Shown in pieces: positions 56,815-64,000 of a DNA stretch of 64,000 bases. Below the pieces are notes generated by a model that saw only the letters and a program-made list of their open reading frames with translations, was not told the DNA's origin and searched no databases. A program made the translations under genes and the position numbers. Where the stretch lies: positions 3,552,001 to 3,616,000 of the forward strand of contig AP038806.1 of the NCBI GenBank assembly GCA_047150005.1, in the 5' to 3' direction. The stretch is from Nitrospira sp. Lineage in GTDB: Bacteria > Nitrospirota > Nitrospiria > Nitrospirales > Nitrospiraceae. Position 1 is the stretch's first letter. Every line of letters begins with the position of its first letter.

Positions 56815-57644
56815 GAGCCCGCGTGTCGGGTGTCTCCGAGCGACGGAGTTGCCAGGTGCTCCGCGTGAACCGAGCCGGTCTGCATCGGACGAGAGCAACG
56901 GAGGGACGACGCCGAGGCCCCACGGCACCCCCGTGGCTGGAGCGGATGCGGTATTGGATTCAGCAGCATCCCACGTTTGGGTATCGCCGACTCTGGGTGA
57001 TGTTGCGGTATCAGGATGGGATCCTGGTGAATCGCAAAGCCGTGTATCGCGTGCTGAAGCAGCAGGGCTGGTTCGTCCACCAACGCGTGGCGACCCCGCG
57101 CCCTCGGGTGCGAGGCTGGCGCAGTCGGGCTGGGCAGAGCAATGAACGGTGGGCGATGGACGTGACGCATATTCCCTGTGGCCAGGACGGCTGGGCCCAT
57201 CTCGCGGCCGTGATCGACTGTCACGATCGGGAAGTCATCGGCTACGAGTTCGCGTTGCGCAGTCGGGCCAAGGAGGCGGAGCGGGCCGTCGAAGCGGCGT
57301 GCCTGCAGCGGTTCGGGACGTTGCGGCCTACGGGCGCACCGGTCCTCCGCAGTGACAACGGCCTGATCTTCCAGAGTCGCCGGTTTCGACAAGCCTGTCG
57401 GGACTATCGGCTCCAACAGGAATTCATTACGCCCTATACGCCGGAACAGAACGGGATCATCGAGCGGTTCTTCCGGAGTCTGAAGGAGGAGTGCGTCTGG
57501 CAACACACGTTCCAGACGTTTGAGGAGGCGCGACGGATCATTCGGGACTGGCTCCACTGGTACAACGAGGGACGACCGCACAGCGCCTTGGCGTATCGGA
57601 GTCCCGTCCAATTCCGCGCGCAACAGTCAACCCAGGTGGCTTGA
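56811..57644 (+). CDS. IS3-family transposase OrfB
   Basis: Protein identical to 52337..53170. Confidence 0.93.
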   Translation: MRARVSGVSERRSCQVLRVNRAGLHRTRATEGRRRGPTAPPWLERMRYWIQQHPTFGYRRLWVMLRYQDGILVNRKAVYRVLKQQGWFVHQRVATPRPRVRGWRSRAGQSNERWAMDVTHIPCGQDGWAHLAAVIDCHDREVIGYEFALRSRAKEAERAVEAACLQRFGTLRPTGAPVLRSDNGLIFQSRRFRQACRDYRLQQEFITPYTPEQNGIIERFFRSLKEECVWQHTFQTFEEARRIIRDWLHWYNEGRPHSALAYRSPVQFRAQQSTQVA

Positions 57645-57662
57645 TTTCAGGGGAGCACTACA

Positions 57663-57742
57663 TCCTGTCGGGCGCACCAAACCGAGCTTGCTCGTTCCGG
57701 CGGCTCACCAGGCGCAGCCTCTCTTCATTGCGCCGCCGGATA
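57663..57742 (+). repeat. Inverted duplicate of the tRNA-Arg 3' end plus trailer (att-like)
   Basis: 79/80 match to the reverse complement of 54689..54768. Confidence 0.9.
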
Positions 57743-57961
57743 GACGCCTCCTGTGATCTTCTCTCTAGGATGGCACGTGGGCCGCTGCCTCATCGGCGCC
57801 AGCCATCCCCTATTGTTGGCAGCGGATAAACACCACACGTGATCCGATAGGGATTAATTCTTCGTACGGGCGCCTTTCGGGTGGATCTGAACCACGGTAC
57901 ATTCTCGATAGCGGCGTCTTTATCCAGTATGGGGACATTAGGCGAGACCCGGGGTGAACTG

Positions 57962-58564
57962 TCAGTCTAATTTCTTGCATCCGACCGGTGGTTGTTCCCA
58001 TGTTGCCTCCTTCTCTACTGAACAGAGTGCCGCCTGAATGGCCCAGTACGTTCCATTCAGGACGGCTTGTTCCGGTTCGGGGACCGCTTCTGGAAACGTG
58101 GCCAGTCCAGTCCAGATGATTTGCGAAGTTTCGACAGAGACTTCACGGACTGAAACCCTCACGTCATAGCTGCGATTGATATAGGCGGACCGGGGCGCAG
58201 CGATCGTGGCATCGCCGAGCACAACATAGCCGGCCTCCGCAATCCGGCCAACCTTGACCATATCCTGCAGATCATCGGTACTGTGATGGAGAATGATTTG
58301 TTGCTCGTCAAAGAGGCGTTGTGCCTTGCTATGTTCGACAACGCGCAGCTTATTTTTCAGATAAAACGAGGTGAGATATTGCGTCATATGTTCATTGTTT
58401 GTCCAAATGATACGGATGGCAGTTCGATAGTCGGATGGTAGCTGTGAACTATGGGTTCCGTTCGCGATCGGATGGAAAGAATGGCTACAACCAGGAACGA
58501 GGAGAAATGACAATAGCGACAAACGCAATATCATCATCAACGATGAGGAGGACATAACGAGCAC
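57962..58564 (-). CDS. Hypothetical lipoprotein (CsgG/LpoB-like alpha/beta fold, tentative)
   Basis: VPGC lipobox; RVVEHS...LFDEQ, VKVGRIAEAGYVVLG, VSVETSQIIW. Confidence 0.62.
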   Translation of the reverse strand: MLVMSSSSLMMILRLSLLSFLLVPGCSHSFHPIANGTHSSQLPSDYRTAIRIIWTNNEHMTQYLTSFYLKNKLRVVEHSKAQRLFDEQQIILHHSTDDLQDMVKVGRIAEAGYVVLGDATIAAPRSAYINRSYDVRVSVREVSVETSQIIWTGLATFPEAVPEPEQAVLNGTYWAIQAALCSVEKEATWEQPPVGCKKLD

Positions 58565-59013
58565 TGTTTTTCTTCTGGGAACGCGTTTCTATAGACGCCG
58601 CAATAAAAATAACGGCGTTGCAAGCCAATCGACTAGCTGATTAGCCCCGGTTTTCAGAGTCATACAGTGGACTGAAAACAGCGACGATTCTATGATCTGA
58701 CTGGACCATGTGCAACAGTCGCGGTAGATAAACTATCGTGTCTCTATCGCGGCCTTTTGGAAGCGCCTTCCTTGCGAGGATTCATGCTGACGCTTTACCG
58801 CTCCGTGTGCAGTAGTTCGTTAAATCTCATCAAGGACCAGTTTTCTAACAGCCTCCCGTTTTCAGGTATCGTGAGTTGCCGGACTTACGCTGCTCTTTTT
58901 AATGGGATTGCGATCCTTGTGGAGGAGTGGCTCGGCGTAGTTTTCCATGCGTTCCCCATCAGACCTGCTGTTGTAACGGGGACAGCCACCAAACGGAAGG
59001 GTGGCAGTCCCCC

Positions 59014-60078
59014 TCAGCGTCGGCGGCCGGACGGCATGGTTTCTTCTTCGTATCTGGCAAAGAGACGTTTGGCTTCGGGGTGCCAATGGCCGGCGTGGCC
59101 GTGGGGGATGCCGAGCGTGCGGAACAATGGGACGAGCTTGCCGTCGGGATGAAGATAGCCGGCTCGGAGCGGCACGGTTCGCTTACTGTGTTTGATCAGG
59201 TGGCAGGGAACCGGACGGATCGACGTGAGCCAGTCGGCGATGTCTTGTGGATTGCCGATCGACGCCGAAAGAAGCAACAGGCGCGCCTGCGACGGACAAA
59301 AGATGATGGTCTCCTCCCACACGACCCCTCGCTCCGGGTCGGCGATGTATTGGGATTCGTCCATGATCACAAGCCCGAGCGTGTCGAGCCGCAGGTCGAT
59401 CTCACCTCCTGCCGCATCGTACAGGAGGTTGCGCAGGATCTCGGTCGTCATGATCAGCAGGGGCGCCTGGCCGTTGTCGCGCCGGTCTCCGGTGAGAATC
59501 CCAACCCGATCCGCTCCGAAGATACGGGAGAATTCCGTAAATTTGGTATTGGACAGGGCCTTGAGCGGCGATGTGTAAATGACGGTGCGGTTGTCCTCCA
59601 TGGCGCGTCTGGCCGCTTCCACCGCCACATAGGTTTTGCCGCTCCCGGTCGGCACGCTCACGACCACATCCGTCTGCTGCAACCGTTCCACGGCTTCCAC
59701 TTGCCAGGCGTCCGGTACAAACGGCTGCGGCGCCGGCACGCCGATACCGGAAAGCCACTCTCCCAGCGACACAGACGGCTCGTGCGACTCAGGCTCGTGG
59801 TGAGGAGTCGTGTGGCGCGCCGGATGGTGCGTCTTCCCTGGTGCAGCATGGCGCGGAGAATGTGAGAGCGGAGCTGCCGGTTTCGCGGTTCGCTCGCCGA
59901 TCAGCGCCATGACGTCCGACTCGAAGCCGGCGCGGTTCTCCGCCGAATGGCGAAGCAGCATCTCGATCAGCCGGCGCTTGCCGAGGCGGAAGTGCCGGTG
60001 AACCCGGCCTCGGGCCAGGCGATGCAACAGAGCCATCGGTTGCTGCGCGAGGAGTGTTTCCAGTTCGTCAGTCGTCAC
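59014..60078 (-). CDS. Ski2/HelY-like helicase, N-terminal DExD/H ATPase half
   Basis: PTGSGKT, YTSPLKALSN, MTTEILRN, MDESQY, LLLSAS; GGAGG RBS with GTGA overlap. Confidence 0.88.
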   Translation of the reverse strand: MTTDELETLLAQQPMALLHRLARGRVHRHFRLGKRRLIEMLLRHSAENRAGFESDVMALIGERTAKPAAPLSHSPRHAAPGKTHHPARHTTPHHEPESHEPSVSLGEWLSGIGVPAPQPFVPDAWQVEAVERLQQTDVVVSVPTGSGKTYVAVEAARRAMEDNRTVIYTSPLKALSNTKFTEFSRIFGADRVGILTGDRRDNGQAPLLIMTTEILRNLLYDAAGGEIDLRLDTLGLVIMDESQYIADPERGVVWEETIIFCPSQARLLLLSASIGNPQDIADWLTSIRPVPCHLIKHSKRTVPLRAGYLHPDGKLVPLFRTLGIPHGHAGHWHPEAKRLFARYEEETMPSGRRR

Positions 60079-61934
60079 GGTAATTCCTCCAGCACGCCGC
60101 GCCGCAGCACGGCGATGGCCTTGGACGCACAGTCTGCCAGCTCGGGATGCGTGTTCTTGAGCCCGTGCAGCTGCGAGAGAAACTCCAACGTTCTGGCGAG
60201 CAGCCGGTAGATGTCTCCCTCGGCCATCGTCGTCATCTTGCAGAGACCGATCCATGTGAGGTTCGGATCGCCGATCCATCGTTCAGTCACCGCCGCGATG
60301 TCCGCGCGCAGGAGCGGCGGCTCTTCATAGGGGGCGAGGGATTCGGCCAGTTTCCGGACTTGTCCTAATAACGAGCCCAATCCCGGACTGATCCTTGGAA
60401 ACAGGCCGGGCCGGTCGTCGTCGTGCGCGATGCTCGACATGACCGCCGCCAACAGCGACGGGTCCCCGCCGGTGAAGGCCTCCGCGCGAATCAGCTCGGT
60501 GATGAGGAGCGAATGGTCGATGCGGATGAGGCGAGCCCATTCGCCCGCGTCCGTCAACTGCGCCGTGGCCGTGAGATAGCCGAACTTCTGCAGCGCTTCG
60601 ATCCGTTCCTGAAACCGGTGCCACAGGCTCGTGCGCAACGCTTGAATCGACTTCATGTGCCGTTGCTGTTCCTGCCGCAACTTGGAGGCGTTCGCGTAGT
60701 CCTTTTGGCAGGCGGACCGCGACGGACAGGTCGGACAGGAAAAGTCCCCGAGCGTCTGCACGATCGAGTCGGGGATCGGTTCATCATCCTTCGAGACGAG
60801 AATCGGCAGGATCGGCAGCCGGCCGGGGAGGTCCTTCATCGTGTCCAGCAAGGAATCGAAACTCTCGGGTGTGCACCAGGGATAAGACGGAGACTCCCGG
60901 CATTCCAACACCCGGTCGAAGACATCCGTGACGACGGCGGCGGGGCATTCCGTGATGGCGCCGTCCGGACGGAGCACCGTGACCATGGCGCTCTTCTGAC
61001 CCTTGCTCCGATACTGCCGCAGGACGACTCCGCGAGTCTTGGACAATCCCACCACGCGGCCGGGGCTCAGAAAATGGAACCGTGCCGTCACCTCCGGCGG
61101 CTCGTGCCGTTGAACCGCGGGGCGATGATGTCGCTGCCGACGAACCTGATCGAACATGTGCCATTGGGAGATCCAATCGGTGCACACACGCGGGCCGTAG
61201 GGTTCCATCTGTCGGTGCACGTCGTCCAGCTTCTGCTCGATCGCCTCGGCTCGTTGGTTCAACTGAAATTGCGCGAAGCTCTTGGCGAGGATGGACTGCA
61301 TCTGATCAAGCGGGTGGGCCTTCAGCAGATTGAGGACCATCGGATAGGTGATGACGAACTGGCTGTTGATCGCTTCCGGATGACCGCTGAACCCTTTGGT
61401 GAGCACCCCCAAGTCGATGTAAGGCGACGGCGTCACGATGGCGAACCCGACCAGGTCCTTGCCGCGGCGGCCGGCCCGTCCGGCGATCTGCTGAACTTCT
61501 CCGATCGTCAGGTCGGTGAAGTCGCGCGCCTTGCGGATGCTGGATTGCGTGATGATCACCGTGCGGGCGGGAAAGTCCACGCCGGCCGCCAGGGTCGTCG
61601 TGGCGAACACGGCGTCCAGGCAACCATGCCGCATCAGTTCCTCCACGGCGATCTTCCACGAAGGCAGATGGCCCGCATGATGGGCCGCGACGCCGATGCG
61701 CTGCACCGTGGGGATCAGCGGGTGTTCCGCGATGCTCGGATATTGGGTGATGACCTGTTCCAGCACCTTGGCGATGGCTTCCTGGCGGGCGGGAGGCAAG
61801 AGCGCCTCGGTATGGTCGAAGGCCTGCATCGCCTCGTCGCAGGCGCGGCGGGACGTCAAAAACACGATGGCGGGCGTCAGGTGTTTTTGTCTAAGGGCCG
61901 CGATTAGGTCAACCGGATGAATCGAGGGAGGCAT
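60075..61934 (-). CDS. Ski2/HelY-like helicase, C-terminal half (RecA2 plus DSHCT-like)
   Basis: PAIVFLTSRRACD, HHAGHLP, ATTTLAAGVDFPARTV, QIAGRAGRRG, EGDIYR. Confidence 0.88.
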   Translation of the reverse strand: MPPSIHPVDLIAALRQKHLTPAIVFLTSRRACDEAMQAFDHTEALLPPARQEAIAKVLEQVITQYPSIAEHPLIPTVQRIGVAAHHAGHLPSWKIAVEELMRHGCLDAVFATTTLAAGVDFPARTVIITQSSIRKARDFTDLTIGEVQQIAGRAGRRGKDLVGFAIVTPSPYIDLGVLTKGFSGHPEAINSQFVITYPMVLNLLKAHPLDQMQSILAKSFAQFQLNQRAEAIEQKLDDVHRQMEPYGPRVCTDWISQWHMFDQVRRQRHHRPAVQRHEPPEVTARFHFLSPGRVVGLSKTRGVVLRQYRSKGQKSAMVTVLRPDGAITECPAAVVTDVFDRVLECRESPSYPWCTPESFDSLLDTMKDLPGRLPILPILVSKDDEPIPDSIVQTLGDFSCPTCPSRSACQKDYANASKLRQEQQRHMKSIQALRTSLWHRFQERIEALQKFGYLTATAQLTDAGEWARLIRIDHSLLITELIRAEAFTGGDPSLLAAVMSSIAHDDDRPGLFPRISPGLGSLLGQVRKLAESLAPYEEPPLLRADIAAVTERWIGDPNLTWIGLCKMTTMAEGDIYRLLARTLEFLSQLHGLKNTHPELADCASKAIAVLRRGVLEELP

Positions 61935-63147
61935 GCAGCTTCATTCCCTTGGAGATCACGACAAGCCCGGATTCCGTGACGGTGAATCGCTGAGCGTCCG
62001 CTTCGCGGTCATAACCGATCTCCGTTTTCGCCGGAATGACGACGTCCTTGTCGATGATGGCGCGACGAATCCGGCTGTGCTCTCCGATTTCGACGTTTTC
62101 CATGATCACGGAGTCGCGGACGTCGGAATGGTCCTGGATCCGGACGTTGGGAGACAGCACGCTGTTCTGAACGCGTCCTCCCGAGATGATACAGCCGCCG
62201 CAGACGATCGAGTCCAACGCCACGCCCATGCGGCCGCCCTGGTAGTTCTGGGCGAAGACGAATTTCGCCGGAGGAAACTGGCCCTGATAGGTGCGAATCG
62301 GCCATTCCTGGTCGTACAGATTGAAGAGCGGGTCTACGGCGACCAGGTCGAGGTTGGCTTCCCAATAGGCGTCGAGCGTTCCGATATCGCGCCAGTACTT
62401 GACCGCCTTCCGGTTGGCGTCCTGAAACTTAAAGGCATAGACCTTCCGATTTGCGAGCATGCTGGGAATGATGTTCTTTCCGAAATCGTGGGCGCCGCCT
62501 TCCTTGGCGTCGGCGATTAACTCCTCGCGCAGACTCTTGGTGCGGAACAGGTAGATCCCCATCGAGCCGAATGCCACGTTCGGATCGTTCGGAATGGGAA
62601 TCGGGTTGGTGGGTTTTTCATCGAAGCGTGTGACCCGATAATCTTCGTCCACCGCCATCACGCCGAACCGGCCGGCGTCCTGAATGGGAATGTCGATGGC
62701 TCCGACCACCACGTCCGCATCCTTCGCGACCAACCAGTGAACCATCTCCATGTAGTTCATCTTATAGATGTGGTCGCCGGCCAAGATGAGCACATATTCG
62801 GCCTGTTCACCGTCCAGGAGAAAGAGATTCTGGTGCACCGCGTCGGCGGTGCCCCGGTACCACTCTTCGCTGATGCGCTGCTGCGGGGGGATCGATGCGA
62901 TATACTCGCCCAATTCGGCGTTCAGGACATCCCATCCGATCCGGATGTGCCGGTCGAGCGAATGGGACTTGTACTGAATCAGCACGGCGACGCGGCGCAA
63001 GCCGGAATTCAAACAATTGCTCAGGGTGAAGTCGATGATGCGATATTTCCCGCCGAACGGGACGGCCGGCTTGGCCCGATGTTCCGTCAAGGGCTTCAGC
63101 CGTTCTCCTTTTCCTCCGGCAAGCACCATCGTGAAGATGCTGTTCAT
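61909..63147 (-). CDS. glgC: Glucose-1-phosphate adenylyltransferase
   Basis: LAGGKGERL, RAKPAVPFGGKYRIIDF, WYRGTADAV, GDHIYKM, YWRDIGT. Confidence 0.97.
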   Translation of the reverse strand: MNSIFTMVLAGGKGERLKPLTEHRAKPAVPFGGKYRIIDFTLSNCLNSGLRRVAVLIQYKSHSLDRHIRIGWDVLNAELGEYIASIPPQQRISEEWYRGTADAVHQNLFLLDGEQAEYVLILAGDHIYKMNYMEMVHWLVAKDADVVVGAIDIPIQDAGRFGVMAVDEDYRVTRFDEKPTNPIPIPNDPNVAFGSMGIYLFRTKSLREELIADAKEGGAHDFGKNIIPSMLANRKVYAFKFQDANRKAVKYWRDIGTLDAYWEANLDLVAVDPLFNLYDQEWPIRTYQGQFPPAKFVFAQNYQGGRMGVALDSIVCGGCIISGGRVQNSVLSPNVRIQDHSDVRDSVIMENVEIGEHSRIRRAIIDKDVVIPAKTEIGYDREADAQRFTVTESGLVVISKGMKLHASLDSSG

Positions 63148-63263
63148 GGGCCGATTGTAGCAGGACGCTCGACCAAGTTGAAACCGAATTCGTTGACATC
63201 CGGCCACGGGCGGTTGATACTACGGCTCGTGACTGTGTGAGCGGACCGTGCAAAGGAGCTGAC

Positions 63264-63560
63264 ATGAAGCAGGATGTTGTGATTTCATCTCTCGGGAAGC
63301 GGGCCGCGGCGGCCGGCGCCAAACAATCGGAGGCCACTTCCTTGCAGAACACGCTCTGGCGGCTGGAACGGCTGGAAGCCCAGATGCAGAAACTCTCGGA
63401 ACTGGTGCGTGATCACGCGGAAGACGTCGACCGGCTCGTCCGAATCGTGGCCGAAGACCGCAATACGATCCGCCGCCAATTGCTGAGAAAACATCACGAG
63501 CAGGTCAGAGTCAGAAAACACCTCCGATCGGCCAATGCCAAGGCCGGCTTTGACGAATGA
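63264..63560 (+). CDS. Small coiled-coil hypothetical protein
   Basis: AAGGAG RBS; heptad pattern. Confidence 0.6.
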   Translation: MKQDVVISSLGKRAAAAGAKQSEATSLQNTLWRLERLEAQMQKLSELVRDHAEDVDRLVRIVAEDRNTIRRQLLRKHHEQVRVRKHLRSANAKAGFDE

Positions 63561-63780
63561 CAGCCGACCCCGTTCCGGGGCGGTACTCACTCCACCTGAC
63601 AGAGGTCTCTTCTCTTCAGGGCGGCCGAACAGCCTGTCTCTGCCAAGTCTAACCGTCGGTTTCTTCAGAGGTTCTTTGCATCGTGCGATAGACACGGTAT
63701 AATGCCTCATTTTTCAAGGGATGAGCCGCACCCAGGAGCGCCATAGTCCGCATTGACGGGACCTTGCGAGGAGACGGTTC

Positions 63781-64000
63781 GTGTCCGTTGCACCTCTTCG
63801 ACGACGGTTTCTATCCTGGATTCTTCTCGGTTGCAGCATCCTGACCATCAGTTACTCCATGGCCAGTGCGGCACAGCCTACCCAGCCACCTCTCCCTGGG
63901 CCGCCCTCGCCGTCGGAGCCACCCTCAGTCATCCAGCTGAGTCTCAACGAAGCGCTCGCACTGTTCATCAAGCAGAACTTGTCCGTTCTGATCACCAGGT
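63781..64000 (+). CDS. TolC/CzcC-family outer membrane efflux protein, 3'-truncated by window
   Basis: GGAG RBS; signal peptide; QLSLNEALALFIKQNL N-terminal motif. Confidence 0.6.
   Translation, partial: MSVAPLRRRFLSWILLGCSILTISYSMASAAQPTQPPLPGPPSPSEPPSVIQLSLNEALALFIKQNLSVLITR

Larger units (their letters stand above)
56420..57662 (+). mobile_element. IS3-family element, copy 2 (1243 bp), TSD TCCT
   Basis: Near-identical inverted copy of 52319..53561; tcct at 56416-19 and 57663-66. Confidence 0.93.

Noticed and set aside
52319..57662. Composite transposon or IS-mediated inversion between the two IS3 copies
   Set aside because: Each copy retains its own matching TSD (GTTC/GTTC and TCCT/TCCT), which indicates independent insertions and no net inversion.
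59014..61934. Frameshifted helicase pseudogene
   Set aside because: The halves are in reversed order with intact motifs and separate translation signals.

Overview
Bacterial chromosomal window, GC-rich. The gene and repeat style suggests Nitrospira or a relative, but that is inference. About 1.8-41.3 kb is a mostly minus-strand cluster of about 30 predicted exported proteins. It is bracketed by two signal-peptide-bearing caspase-family (C14) proteases and contains an ECF sigma/zf-HC2 anti-sigma pair, a DsbA and an Lnt. Three sequence signals tie the cluster together. (1) An ECF-type promoter motif TGAACC-N16-CGAC occurs six times exactly and once with N15, always intergenic and ahead of cluster genes. 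(2) A recurrent Arg motif, (V/I)QER(G/A)(V/I/L) or (T/P/S)R(G/S/A)(V/I), sits at linker/domain boundaries of most cargo proteins, both caspases, the DUF4384 lipoprotein and the anti-sigma. (3) Domains are shuffled among paralogues and gene remnants are present. I infer an extracytoplasmic caspase-triggered ECF regulon whose products are matured by Arg-specific cleavage. The cargo includes a Tat-exported tandem phage-tail-tube-like protein beside a Sec-exported spike-like protein. The region 41.8-59 kb is an accessory mosaic: two CTAG-ended MITEs, an IS30 in a REP-like palindrome, two IS3 copies each with its own 4-bp TSD, a low-GC metallophosphoesterase/ECF operon, and tRNA-Arg(ACG) with an inverted 80-bp duplicate of its 3' end. 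The window ends in core-type genes: a split and order-permuted Ski2/HelY-like helicase, glgC and a partial TolC. All motifs were found by eye and no database searches were run.
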